From NCBI GenBank assembly GCA_963789955.1, contig CAWBMV010000012.1, positions 96,001 through 160,000 on the forward strand: a stretch of DNA of 64,000 nucleotides, given 5' to 3'. The notes under the pieces were generated by a model. It made no database searches, was not told the origin of the DNA, and was given only the letters and a program-made list of their open reading frames with translations. Positions 29,680-39,397 of this stretch are shown piece after piece; the first letter of the stretch is position 1; every line of letters begins with the position of its first letter. Source of the DNA: an uncultured Candidatus Rokubacteria bacterium. GTDB taxonomy: Bacteria; Methylomirabilota; Methylomirabilia; Rokubacteriales; CSP1-6. Made by a program: the position numbers and the translations under genes.

Positions 29680-31118
29680 TGGCCGATAGCCTGCCGACTC
29701 GGCAGCAAGACTTCAACGAGTGGTACAACCAGCTCGTGCTGCGCGCCGACATGGCGGACTACGCGCCGGTGCGCGGCTGCATGATCGTCAAGCCGTACGG
29801 CTGGGCGCTGTGGGAGAACATCCAGGGCGCGCTCGACCGCCGCTTCAAGGCCACCGGTCACGTGAATGCGGCGTTCCCGCTCTTCATTCCCAAGTCGTTC
29901 CTCGAGAAGGAGAAGCAGCACGTCGAGGGATTCTCACCGGAGCTGGCGGTGGTCACGATCGGCGGCGGCGAGGAATTGGCCGAGCCCCTGGTGGTGCGGC
30001 CGACCTCGGAAACGATCATCGGCCACGCGTACGCTCAGTGGATCAAGTCCTATCGCGACCTGCCGGTGCTGATCAACCAGTGGAACAGCGTCGTGCGCTG
30101 GGAGCTTCGCACCAAGCTCTTCCTGCGCACGCTCGAGTTCTGGTGGCAGGAGGGGCACACCGCGCACGCGACCTACGACGAGGCCGAGGCCGAGACGCGG
30201 CAGATGCTCGATGTCTACACGGACTTCGCCGTCAACGAGGCCGCCGTGCCGGTCATCCCGGGCGTGAAGTCGCAATCGGAGAAGTTCGCGGGCGCGCTGC
30301 ACTCCTACACGATCGAGGCGATGATGGGTGACAAGCGGGCGCTCCAGGCCGGCACGTCGCACAATCTCGGCCAGAATTTCGCCAAGGCGTTCAACATCCA
30401 GTACCTCGATCGCGACAATCAGCTCCAGCACTGCTGGACGACGTCGTGGGGCCTCTCGACGCGCTTCATCGGGGCCATCATCATGGTGCACGGCGACGAT
30501 CAGGGATTGATCCTGCCGCCTCGACTCGCGCCATATCAGGTCGTGATCGTCCCGATCTACCGGAGCGATGCCGAGCGCGTCACGGTGCTGGAAGCAGCGG
30601 GGCGCGTGAAGACCCAGCTGGCGACCGGCGGCGTGCGCGTGCGCCTCGACGAGCGCGACGGCGTGACGCCAGGCTTCAAGTTCAACGACTGGGAGATGCG
30701 CGGGGTGCCGCTGCGCGTCGAGATCGGCCCGCGAGACGTCGAGAAACGACAGGTCGTGCTGGCCCGTCGCGACATGCCGGGCAAGGCCGGGAAGTCGTTC
30801 GTGCCGGAGGAGGGACTGACCGGCGCGGTGACGGCCATGCTGGAGTCGATCCAGAAGTCGATGCTCGAGCGGGCGCGGGCCTTCATGCGTGAGAACACCG
30901 CCGAGCCCCGGACCTACGACGAGTTCAAGCAGGCGATCGAGGCCGGGCTGTTCTGCCGGGCGTGGTGGTCGGGCGACGCCGAGCGCGAGGCCGCGATCAA
31001 GAACGAGACGAAGGCGACCATCCGCTGCATCCCGCTGGAGCAGCCGGGCGGGGAAGGACCCTGCATCGGCACGGGCCGACCGGCCAAGCAGGTCGCGATT
31101 TTCGGACGCGCGTACTAG
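29679..31118 (+). CDS. proS: Proline--tRNA ligase, archaeal/eukaryal type (no INS editing domain)
   Basis: DFNEWY, KEKQHVEGF.PE, RPTSET, FLRT.EF.WQEGHT, QAGTSHNLGQNF, TSWGLSTR and C-terminal FGRAY. Confidence 0.96.
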   Translation: MADSLPTRQQDFNEWYNQLVLRADMADYAPVRGCMIVKPYGWALWENIQGALDRRFKATGHVNAAFPLFIPKSFLEKEKQHVEGFSPELAVVTIGGGEELAEPLVVRPTSETIIGHAYAQWIKSYRDLPVLINQWNSVVRWELRTKLFLRTLEFWWQEGHTAHATYDEAEAETRQMLDVYTDFAVNEAAVPVIPGVKSQSEKFAGALHSYTIEAMMGDKRALQAGTSHNLGQNFAKAFNIQYLDRDNQLQHCWTTSWGLSTRFIGAIIMVHGDDQGLILPPRLAPYQVVIVPIYRSDAERVTVLEAAGRVKTQLATGGVRVRLDERDGVTPGFKFNDWEMRGVPLRVEIGPRDVEKRQVVLARRDMPGKAGKSFVPEEGLTGAVTAMLESIQKSMLERARAFMRENTAEPRTYDEFKQAIEAGLFCRAWWSGDAEREAAIKNETKATIRCIPLEQPGGEGPCIGTGRPAKQVAIFGRAY

Positions 31119-31134
31119 CGGCGCGCCGTCGCGG

Positions 31135-31329
31135 CTATGTCGCGACCGAGACCCGCGTCAGCACCGCGTGCGGCAGCCGCACGGACTCCGTGCACGTCAG
31201 GCAGGAGAAGTGAAGCTCCTGCGGGTCTCGCTGGGTCAGCACCATCCGCTGTGCGCACTTCGCGTGGTGAATGCCGCCGTCGAGGGCCCAGTACACAGCG
31301 TCGCGTCCGACTGATACCGAGGGGTCCAT
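31135..31329 (-). CDS. Small hypothetical protein with HxxC...CxxC (possible zinc ribbon)
   Basis: 64 aa, strong GGAGG RBS and an upstream sigma-54 motif; HAKC and CLTC. Confidence 0.7.
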   Translation of the reverse strand: MDPSVSVGRDAVYWALDGGIHHAKCAQRMVLTQRDPQELHFSCLTCTESVRLPHAVLTRVSVAT

Positions 31330-31356
31330 ACTCTTCCTCCTGCCAAAGGTGCAGGA

Positions 31357-31372
31357 AGCGAAAGTCGTGCCG
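31357..31372 (-). promoter_or_regulatory. Sigma-54 (-24/-12) promoter
   Basis: Minus strand CGGCACGACTTTCGCT (GG-N10-GC), close to the E. coli glnAp2 sequence and 28 nt upstream of ATG 31329. Confidence 0.65.
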
Positions 31373-31520
31373 TCGCCTGCCGAGATCGAAATGCTTCTTT
31401 GATCGAGTAGTTGGCGCAGGACATTCCCCGAGGCCGTGTAAGGGAGATCACACCGAACGTGAAATCTTTACTCAGGTCGCTGCTGCAGCGACCCGTCGAG
31501 GATTCTTACGATCGCCGAGG

Positions 31521-31952
31521 CTATCGCTTGAGGCCGAGGATCAGAACGCCGGCTCCGACCATGAGGATGCCCAGCCACTCCCGGCTCGACGGCCGCTCGC
31601 CGAGGAACAGCACCGCGAAGACTGCCACCAGGACGAGGCTGAGCTTGTCGACCGGGGCGACCTTCGATGCGTCGCCGATCTTCAGGGCGCGGAAGTAGCA
31701 GACCCAGGAGGCGCCGGTGGCCAGCCCGGACAGCACCAGGAAGAGCCACGTCTTCGGCGCGAGGTCGAGCGGGTTACTCCACTTGCCGGTGGCGTAGACG
31801 AACCCGGCGAGGACGACGATGATGACCGCCGTGCGAACCAGGGTCGCCAGGTCCGAGTCGACGCCCTCGAGCCCGAGCTTGGCGAAGATGGCCGTGAGGG
31901 CCGCGAACACCGCGGACCAGAGCGCCCAGTAGAACCATTGTGTGCCGGCCAT
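31521..31952 (-). CDS. EamA family transporter (single domain)
   Basis: FAALTAIFAK.G, SGLATGASW.CYFRAL and V.PVDKLS motifs. Confidence 0.92.
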   Translation of the reverse strand: MAGTQWFYWALWSAVFAALTAIFAKLGLEGVDSDLATLVRTAVIIVVLAGFVYATGKWSNPLDLAPKTWLFLVLSGLATGASWVCYFRALKIGDASKVAPVDKLSLVLVAVFAVLFLGERPSSREWLGILMVGAGVLILGLKR

Positions 31953-31975
31953 ATGGCGAGCCTATCCGTTGCGTT

Positions 31976-32392
31976 TCAGCAGCCGCCCCCGCCGCCGCCC
32001 TTGCGCGGCTCGATCAGCTCGACCCGGACGTCGTCCGGTGCCCACATGAAGGCGATTCGCGGTCCATTGGGAACCTGGATCGGCCCTTCCAGCAGCCGGG
32101 CGCCGTGCCCCTCGAGCCGCTTGATGTCGGTTTCGAGGTGCGTCGAATCGAACCCGAAATGCTCGAGCCCGTGGTGCGCGCTCGCATCGCCCGGACCGAG
32201 GCGCTCGCCCGTGCGCGCGCCCGAGATGTTGACGCCCATCCCGCCGTCCTCGCTCTGGCAGCGGATGAAGCGGTCACCGAAGACCCTGGTCTCGTCGCTC
32301 AGGATCTTGAAGTTGAAGGCTTGCACGTACCATTCCGCCGTCTTCCGCGGGTCGGGCGACTTCAGATGGATGTGGTTGATGCGGAACGCCAT
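31976..32392 (-). CDS. VOC/glyoxalase family protein
   Basis: True start MAFRINHIHL; GLEHFGF and F..APD.VR.ELIE motifs. Confidence 0.88.
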   Translation of the reverse strand: MAFRINHIHLKSPDPRKTAEWYVQAFNFKILSDETRVFGDRFIRCQSEDGGMGVNISGARTGERLGPGDASAHHGLEHFGFDSTHLETDIKRLEGHGARLLEGPIQVPNGPRIAFMWAPDDVRVELIEPRKGGGGGGC

Positions 32393-32461
32393 GACGAGCC
32401 TCCTCGGTCCTGCTGGAATGTGCTCCAGGAACTCGTATATACACCCATTCGGGAGGTGCAG

Positions 32462-33253
32462 ATGATGGGGCAGCTCGACGGACGGACGGTCCTCATAACC
32501 GGTGCGGCGCGAGGCATCGGCGCGGCGTGCGCGCGTCGGCTTGTGGCCGATGGCGCCCGGCTGGTGCTCGCGGACCTCGATCCCGGCGTGGAGAAGGTGG
32601 CGTCCGAGCTCGGTCAGGTTGCGATCCGCGCGGACGTCAGACAACGTGCGGACATCGAGCGCATGGTCGAGGAGCCGTACCGGCGCTGGGGGCGTCTGGA
32701 CGTGCTCTTCAACAACGCGGGCGTCATCCGCGTGCAGCCGATGCTCGACGTGACCGAAGACGAGTGGGACCGCGTGATGACGGTGAACCTACGCGCCGTC
32801 TTCTTCGTCCTGCAGGCGGTATCGCGGCGGATGCTCAGTCAGGACCTCATCGCCGGCTCCGAGCTTCGCGGCAAGCTCATTCAGACCGCGTCGATCGCGT
32901 CGTATCGCGGCGGCAACCACCTGATGACGCCGTACTCGGCCTCGAAGGCCGGCGTGGTGAGCCTGACGCGCTCCGCCGCGCAGGCGCTGGCTCACGAGCG
33001 GATCACATCGAATTGCGTCTGCCCCGGCGCAGTCGAGACCGCGATGTGGGAGCAGATCGACAAGGAATGGGGCGCGCTCGAGGGGCTGGGCCAGGGCGAG
33101 GTGTGGAAGCGCAGGATTCGCAGCATCCCGCTTGGACGTCCAGAGCGGCCCGAGGACGTCGCGAAGGTGGTCGCGTTCCTCGCCGGCCCCGACTCCGACT
33201 ACATGACCGGCCAGGCGATCAACGTGGACGGCGGCATGGTGATGGGGAACTGA
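32462..33253 (+). CDS. SDR family oxidoreductase
   Basis: TGAARGIG, NNAG, YSASK and YMTGQAINVDGG motifs. Confidence 0.92.
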   Translation: MMGQLDGRTVLITGAARGIGAACARRLVADGARLVLADLDPGVEKVASELGQVAIRADVRQRADIERMVEEPYRRWGRLDVLFNNAGVIRVQPMLDVTEDEWDRVMTVNLRAVFFVLQAVSRRMLSQDLIAGSELRGKLIQTASIASYRGGNHLMTPYSASKAGVVSLTRSAAQALAHERITSNCVCPGAVETAMWEQIDKEWGALEGLGQGEVWKRRIRSIPLGRPERPEDVAKVVAFLAGPDSDYMTGQAINVDGGMVMGN

Positions 33254-33306
33254 TCGGCAAGCGCGCATTTGGCGCGCATGATGGCCTTCGGCTAGACTCC
33301 GGGAGC

Positions 33307-34290
33307 ATGCGGCTGATCGGGTTCACGGTCATTCTCGTTGTCGGTCTCACTCTTGTCCCATTCGCCGCCCACGCGCAGCGGGCCGGGAACGTCTATCGGG
33401 TCGGGCTTCTCGGTCCCGCTGCTGAACCCGTCTATACGGAGTCGCTCCGAAGCCTCAGAACCGGTCTGCGTGAGCTCGGCTACGTCGAAGGCAAGAACAT
33501 CGTCTTCGAATACAGATTCGCCGAGGACAAGTACGAGCGGCTTCCGGGCCTCGCGGCCGAGCTGGTTCGCGCCAACGTGGACATCATCGTCGTGCACTCG
33601 ACGCCGGGAACGCGCGCCGCCAAGCAGGCGACACCCGCGATTCCGATCGTCATGGTCAACGTCGCGGATCCGGTGGGGGCGGGACTCATCGCCAGCCTCG
33701 CCCGCCCTGGTCGCAACATTACCGGGGTGTCCAACATCGACGTCGGCCTGGCCGCGAAACGCCTGGAGCTCCTCAAGGAGGTCGTGCCGAAGCTTTCCCT
33801 GGTGGGCGTGCTCCGCAATCCGGACAACGCGAGCGGCGAGCTACAGTTCAGAGAGACCCAAGCCGCGGCTCGGTCGCTCGGCATCGAAATTCAGCTCTTC
33901 GACGCTCGAGACCGCAAGGAGCTGGAAAGCGCTTTCTCGGTGATGGCCAAGGCACGCGCCGATGCGTTCACCGTCATGGGGGACCCCCTGTTTCTGAGCC
34001 AACAGAAACAGATCGCGAATCTGGCGACGACGAAACGATTGCCGTCAGTCTTCGCGCGGAATGAAAATGTGGAAGCCGGGGGGCTGATGTCCTATGGCCC
34101 GACCTTCGCCGATCAGTTTCGTCAGGCCGCCACGTTTGTGGACAAAATCCTCAAAGGCGCGAAGCCTGGAGAGCTACCGGTCGAGGAGCCGACGAGGATG
34201 TATCTGGTGATCAATCTCAAGACGGCCAAGACTCTCGGCTTGACCATCCCGCACTCGGTCCTGGGGCGTGCAGATCAGGTGATCGAGTAG
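33307..34290 (+). CDS. ABC transporter substrate-binding protein (ABC_sub_bind type), orphan
   Basis: Signal peptide; LRELGYVEGKN, SLARPG.N.TG, KRLELLKE, GGLMSYG and INLKTAK.LGL motifs. Confidence 0.92.
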   Translation: MRLIGFTVILVVGLTLVPFAAHAQRAGNVYRVGLLGPAAEPVYTESLRSLRTGLRELGYVEGKNIVFEYRFAEDKYERLPGLAAELVRANVDIIVVHSTPGTRAAKQATPAIPIVMVNVADPVGAGLIASLARPGRNITGVSNIDVGLAAKRLELLKEVVPKLSLVGVLRNPDNASGELQFRETQAAARSLGIEIQLFDARDRKELESAFSVMAKARADAFTVMGDPLFLSQQKQIANLATTKRLPSVFARNENVEAGGLMSYGPTFADQFRQAATFVDKILKGAKPGELPVEEPTRMYLVINLKTAKTLGLTIPHSVLGRADQVIE

Positions 34291-34340
34291 CGGGTGCCGG
34301 GCCGCGCCACTGATCGAGCCTCGACGAGCTCCGATGAGAC

Positions 34341-35117
34341 TCAGTGCATGACGAGGCCGCCGTCGACGCTCAAGGCCTGTCCCGTCATGTAGCCCGATTT
34401 GCTCGAGACGAGAAAGCCGATGACGTTCGCGACGTCCTCCGCGCGCTCCATGCGGCCGAGCGGCACCGTGCCGGCGCGCTGGCGCGTGAACTCTTCGGCG
34501 CTGAGGCCCATCAGCTTGCTTTGCTCGCGCGCCACCGCGGTCCACATGTCGGTCTCGACGAATCCCGGGCAGACGCAGTTGACCCGGATTCCGTCGGCGG
34601 CGTGGGCGAGGGCGAGGCTCTTCGTCATGCTGACGACGGCGGCCTTGCTCGCGTTGTAGGGCAGGTTGTTGCGACTGCCGATCTTGCCGGCCATCGACGC
34701 GAGGCTGACGATCGCGCCGCGCTTCTGCGCGATCATCGTCGGCAGCACCGCCTGGGTGGCGAAGAAGACCGCCTTCGCGTTGACGTTCATGATCGCGTCC
34801 CAGTGCTCCTCGGTCACGTCCAGCGGCAGCGCCGCGCGGTAGATGCCGGCGTTGTTCACGAGAATGTCGATGCGCCCGAACTCGGCGATCGCGCGATTGA
34901 CCATCGCCGTGAGATCGGCGCGCGACGTGACGTCGGTCTTCACGGCGCTGACGCGGCGCCCGAGGCCCTTGACCTCGGCGGCGGTGCGCTCGGCGCCCGC
35001 CAGATCCATCTCGGCGACGACGATGTCGGCGCCCATCCCCGCCAGCTCGAGCGCGGTCGCGCGCCCGATACCGCGGCCCGCACCGGTGACGATCGCGACC
35101 TGTCCTGAAAGCTCCAT
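34341..35117 (-). CDS. SDR family oxidoreductase
   Basis: True start MELSGQ; TGAGRGIG, NNAG and YNASK motifs. Confidence 0.92.
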   Translation of the reverse strand: MELSGQVAIVTGAGRGIGRATALELAGMGADIVVAEMDLAGAERTAAEVKGLGRRVSAVKTDVTSRADLTAMVNRAIAEFGRIDILVNNAGIYRAALPLDVTEEHWDAIMNVNAKAVFFATQAVLPTMIAQKRGAIVSLASMAGKIGSRNNLPYNASKAAVVSMTKSLALAHAADGIRVNCVCPGFVETDMWTAVAREQSKLMGLSAEEFTRQRAGTVPLGRMERAEDVANVIGFLVSSKSGYMTGQALSVDGGLVMH

Positions 35118-35161
35118 GAGCGATCTCCCTATATATGTGGCGGTCGTGAGGCGCGCTGGCC

Positions 35162-36377
35162 TCAGGTCTTGACGGGCTCGATCACGCCGGCGGCGTGCAG
35201 CGCCGCCAGATCGTCCTTCCCGAGCCCCAGGATGTCCGCGAGCACACGATCGGTGTCCTGACCCAGAAGTGGCGCCGGGCGAGCGACCGCCGGATCGGCG
35301 CCGTGCAGACGGATCGGCGAGATCGGGACTTTCGTCTTCCCGCGCCGCGGGTGGTCGATCTCCTTCCAGACGCCTCGGGCGTTCAGGTGGGGATCGGCGA
35401 CGACCTCGGCGGCCGTGCGCACCGGCGCGCAGGGCACGTGAGCCTCGGTGAGGATCGCCATCACCTCGTTCTTCGAGCGGTCGCGCGTCCACGCCGTCAC
35501 CATCGCGTCGATCTCCTCGACCTTGGCGGCCCGCCCGGGTGTGGTGGCGTAGTCCGGGTGCATGAGCAGATCCTCCCGCCCGAGCACCTTGGTGATGCTC
35601 TCCCAGTGGCGATCGGACGCGGTGAAGATCGCGATGTGGCCGTCACGCGTCTCGTAGACGTTGTAGGGCGCCATCGCGAGCGCGGGATGGCGATTGCCGG
35701 TACGCGCCGGCACCGACGTGTCGCCGTCCATGAAGACGCCGAGCGCGCTGGCGAGCGCGATGATCGCGGCGTCGAGCATCGCGACCTCGACGAACTGGCC
35801 CTGGCCCGTGCGCTCGCGCTGCACGAGCGCGCCGAGGATACCGGCGAAGAGGTGAACGCCGCCGAGGAAGTCGCAGACCGCGGGGCCGGCCTTCACCGGC
35901 GGCCGATCGGGAAATCCGGTCGCGTTCATGATGCCGCTCATCGCCTGGATGGTCAGGTCCATCGCGGGCAGATCGCGGTACGGCCCGGACAGTCCGAAGC
36001 CGGTGCCGCTGCCGTACACGAGCCGCGGGTTCGTCCTTGCGCAGCACCTCCCAGCCGAGACCGAGACGGTTCATCACGCCGGCGGCGAAGTTCTCGACGA
36101 TGACGTCGGCCTTCTTGGCCAGGCTGAGGAAGATCGCCTTGCCGTCGGCGTGCTTCAGGTCGAGCACCACCGATTCCTTGTTGGTGTTGAGCATCACGAG
36201 CGGGTAGGGCTCGACCTGTCGCTTGCGGCGGCGGACGATGTCGCCCTCGGGGCTTTCGATCTTGAGCACGCGGGCCCCCATGAAGCCGAGCAGCAGGCCG
36301 CAGTAGGGCCCGTTGTAGATCTGGCCGAGGTCGAGCACGAGCATGCCCTCGAGCGGGCGGCGGATCGCGGTCGTCAT
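35162..36377 (-). CDS. CaiB/BaiF (family III) CoA-transferase (frameshift near 36035)
   Basis: PLEG..VLDL.Q...GP, KIE.P.GD, ADV.VENF, then GFG..GPYRD.PA.D..IQAM.G and APLLGQ.T. Confidence 0.9.
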
Positions 36378-37393
36378 GACTTCGGGGCTCCTTGGGCACT
36401 GGCCGGCATGATCATGGTCTTCACGCCATGGCCGGCGGCGGCGTGCGCGAACGCGTCGCCGATCCGCTCGAGCGGGAATCGCGCGGTGACCAGTCGCTTC
36501 AAGCCGAGCTTCGGCATCATGGCGAGCGCGCGCTTGTAGGCGGTGCCTCGCCCGAACGCGCCGCCGAACCTGATCTCACGGAAGTGCACGTCCCAGAGAT
36601 CGAGCGGCAGGACGCTGCCCTTGGGATTGACGCCGACGAGCTGGAAGAAGCCGTTGGGCCGCGTCAGGGTGATCGCTTCTCTGACCAGCTCGGGCTTGCC
36701 GACCGCCTCGCACACGACGTCGGCGCCACGCCCGCCGGTGAGCTCCATCACGCGCTCGCGCAGGTTTTCCCGAGTCGGATCGATGACGACGGCGGCGCCG
36801 AGGCTCTTCGCCATCTTGCGCCGCTCCTCGATCGGATCCGACATGATCAGGCGCTTCGCGCCGAGGCGGCCCGCCAGCACCATGGTCACGAGCCCCATGA
36901 TGCCGCCGCCGATGACGAGCACGGTCGCGCCGCGGGGCATCCGGAACCCCTCGAGACCCGCCAGGCAGCACGCGGTCGGCTCGGTCATCGCGGCGGTCAC
37001 GGCATCGAGCCCGCGCGGCAGCGCATGGACGTTGCGCGCGGGCAGCGCGACGCGCTCGGCGAAGCCGCCGACGCGCACGCACTGCGCGCACTGGCTCACG
37101 CGTCCGGCGGCGCACTCCGCGCACTTTCCACAGCCGTAGGAGGGTTCGCAGCCCACCGTGCGCCCGACGAGGCTCTTGCTGACGCCACGGCCGACCTCGC
37201 GCACGACGCCGGTGTACTCGTGGCCGAGCACCAGCGGCGGCTTCCACGGAAAGAGTCCCTGCGTCGCGTGGACGTCGGTGCCGCAGATACCCGCGGCGTG
37301 GACGTCGACGACGACCTGGCCGGGCCCGGCGGCGGGTTCCGGTGCCGTGTCGATGGTGAAGCGCCCCTCGCCCTGCCAGGTCGCGACCTTCAT
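36374..37393 (-). CDS. Zn-dependent alcohol dehydrogenase (MDR family)
   Basis: GICGTD, GHE, structural CxxCxxCx7C and GGGIMG motifs. Confidence 0.93.
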   Translation of the reverse strand: MKVATWQGEGRFTIDTAPEPAAGPGQVVVDVHAAGICGTDVHATQGLFPWKPPLVLGHEYTGVVREVGRGVSKSLVGRTVGCEPSYGCGKCAECAAGRVSQCAQCVRVGGFAERVALPARNVHALPRGLDAVTAAMTEPTACCLAGLEGFRMPRGATVLVIGGGIMGLVTMVLAGRLGAKRLIMSDPIEERRKMAKSLGAAVVIDPTRENLRERVMELTGGRGADVVCEAVGKPELVREAITLTRPNGFFQLVGVNPKGSVLPLDLWDVHFREIRFGGAFGRGTAYKRALAMMPKLGLKRLVTARFPLERIGDAFAHAAAGHGVKTMIMPASAQGAPKS

Positions 37394-37402
37394 ATCAGCA
37401 CC

Positions 37403-38515
37403 TCACCTCGCGGGTGTCGCGTCGGCGTGCCGGGAGAATCGCGGCATCACCTCGGTCGCCAGCAGCTCCATCGAGCGCCGCCAGAGCTTGGGCTGGTCCC
37501 AGTCCTGGCCCGACATCAGGAGCGTTCCGAAGTGGCCGACCTCGTCGCGTAGCGCGACGAGCTGATCGAGCACGCGTCGCGGGCTGCCGGCGATGACCAG
37601 CGCGCGCTTGACCGCGTCGAGCGTCACGGCCTCGTCGGGCACGTCGAGGTCGGGCTTCAACATGAAGAGCGCCTTGCGGCCTCGCGAGAAGCTGTGGATG
37701 AAGAAGTGGTAGTAGAACGAGAGGCCGTTCTCCGGATCGGCCAGATAGTCCTCGGCCTCGGCGTCGGTCTCGGTGACGAGCACGCTGCGCGACACGCGCC
37801 AGACGTCGGGATCGGGGCGCCGGCCGACCTTTTCGCAGCCTTCCACGTAGCGCTCCCAGTGACCGCGGAGGTATCGCCGGTGAAAGAACTGGCCGGAGAT
37901 GGGAATCCAGCCACGCTCGCCGGCGGTGCGGGCGCTCACCGAGTTCGGCGTCAGGATCGAGAGGGCGATCGGCGGATGCGGCTGCTGGAACGGCCGGGGA
38001 ATGTAGCCGACCTTGAACTCGGGCCAGATGGCCTGCTCGAGCGAGATCTTCCAGAAGCGGCCGTCGATCCGGTACGGCGGATCCTGCGACCAGAGCTTCA
38101 GCACCGTGTCGATGGACTCGAGCACCATCTGCGGGCGCAGCTCGGCCTGGCCCGAGTCGAAGAGCTCGAGGTCGCTCACGAGACCGCCCGGGCCGATGCC
38201 CATGATGAACCGTCCGCGCGCGAGCTGATCGAACATGGCCGCCTGCGCCGCCACCGTGGCCGGATGCACGTGGGGCATGTTGATCACGCCCGTGCCCAGC
38301 CGGATGTCGCGCGTGCGGCTGATCACGGTCGCCAGGAAGATCAGCGGCGAGGTGATGCGCTCGCTCCACGAGCTGAAGTGCTCGCCGACGAAGGCCTCGG
38401 AAAAGCCGAGCCGATCCGCGAGGATGATCGCTTCCTGGTCCTCTTCGAGCAGGTCGGCGTAGTCGCGCGCGGGGTGGTGGAAGGGCATCGTGAACATGCC
38501 GAGCCTGACGGTCAC
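37403..38515 (-). CDS. LLM class flavin-dependent oxidoreductase
   Basis: LG.F.MP.H.P, GEHF, GRF..GIGPGGL.SD and P.QQPHPPI motifs. Confidence 0.92.
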   Translation of the reverse strand: MTVRLGMFTMPFHHPARDYADLLEEDQEAIILADRLGFSEAFVGEHFSSWSERITSPLIFLATVISRTRDIRLGTGVINMPHVHPATVAAQAAMFDQLARGRFIMGIGPGGLVSDLELFDSGQAELRPQMVLESIDTVLKLWSQDPPYRIDGRFWKISLEQAIWPEFKVGYIPRPFQQPHPPIALSILTPNSVSARTAGERGWIPISGQFFHRRYLRGHWERYVEGCEKVGRRPDPDVWRVSRSVLVTETDAEAEDYLADPENGLSFYYHFFIHSFSRGRKALFMLKPDLDVPDEAVTLDAVKRALVIAGSPRRVLDQLVALRDEVGHFGTLLMSGQDWDQPKLWRRSMELLATEVMPRFSRHADATPAR

Positions 38516-38622
38516 GGGAAGCTCCTTTCGATCTCCGTGAGGCTATCACATCTACCGGCGCGCCTCGGCGCGGCGGCGGAATGACATACAATCCGGCCCA
38601 TCTCTCGAAAAGGAGCCCGACC

Positions 38623-39015
38623 ATGGCCGTGAGCGAAACCTACGAGAAGGGACGCGAGGTGCGCCGTCAGCTGCTGGGCGACGCGTACGTCGAGCGCGTC
38701 AACCAGACCGCGTACAACGATCCGATCATGAAGAAGTTCATCGACGTCGCGACCGAGACCGTCTTCGGCGCCTTGTGGACGCGCCCGGGATTGGATCTGA
38801 AGACCCGCACCTTGATTTGTGTCGTCTCCGACGCCGCGACCGCGCGGACGCCCGAGCTCGCCATCCACCTGCGGATGGCGCGCCGACAGGGCTGGAGCGA
38901 GGACGAGCTGATCGAGGTGCTGCTACACCTTTCCGGTTACGTCGGCGTGCCGCTGATCCGCGAGGCGATGCTGACGGCGAAGGACGTCTTCACCGAGATG
39001 AAGAAGGAGCGCTGA
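38623..39015 (+). CDS. Carboxymuconolactone decarboxylase family protein
   Basis: G...RR..LG, FG..W.RPGLD.KTR and EL.E.L.....Y.G.P; AAGGAG RBS before ATG 38623. Confidence 0.9.
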   Translation: MAVSETYEKGREVRRQLLGDAYVERVNQTAYNDPIMKKFIDVATETVFGALWTRPGLDLKTRTLICVVSDAATARTPELAIHLRMARRQGWSEDELIEVLLHLSGYVGVPLIREAMLTAKDVFTEMKKER

Positions 39016-39027
39016 TCGCGCGGGCGA

Positions 39028-39114
39028 TCAGGTGAGGAAGCGCCGATAGGCGAGCGCGACGATCAAGGCGAGGGCGAGCTGGAACAGGTCCAGGGGAGAG
39101 ATCAGCGGCATCAT
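39028..39114 (-). CDS. Unannotated 28-aa single-TM peptide (MMPLISPLDLFQLALALIVALAYRRFLT)
   Basis: GGGAGG RBS about 10 nt upstream, hydrophobic helix with a basic tail, and an upstream sigma-54-like motif. Confidence 0.55.
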   Translation of the reverse strand: MMPLISPLDLFQLALALIVALAYRRFLT

Positions 39115-39187
39115 GGTTCGCCACCCTCCCACAGGGTGTCTGGATCGTTGTCGGTTTAGCCCAGTACTCAGGCGCGCGCGATGAGGC

Positions 39188-39203
39188 TGCAAGCGATGTA
39201 CCC
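39188..39203 (-). promoter_or_regulatory. Sigma-54 (-24/-12) promoter candidate
   Basis: Minus strand GGGTACATCGCTTGCA (GG-N10-GC with TTGCA). Confidence 0.5.
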
Positions 39204-39397
39204 GCCGTACGCTCGACGGCCAGCGCAGCGACCAACCGCGCGAAAGTCCACAGCGATCGAGCCGCGACCGCGCGCGCTCCCGGAGCGCGCCGGCGCGTCG
39301 CGACGCTGAGATCGTAAAGTTTCCCGACGACGAGGCGGTTCGGGTTCCAGAATTTGGTACGTGCCGGGGCGTGCTATCGTCGCCCCGGGAGGTCCCC

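Noticed and set aside
31976..31995. VOC protein ends GGGGGC-TGA, resembling a C-terminal Cys-Sec motif
   Set aside because: Read-through would run out of frame deep into the EamA gene with no nearby stop, and no SECIS-like hairpin was seen.
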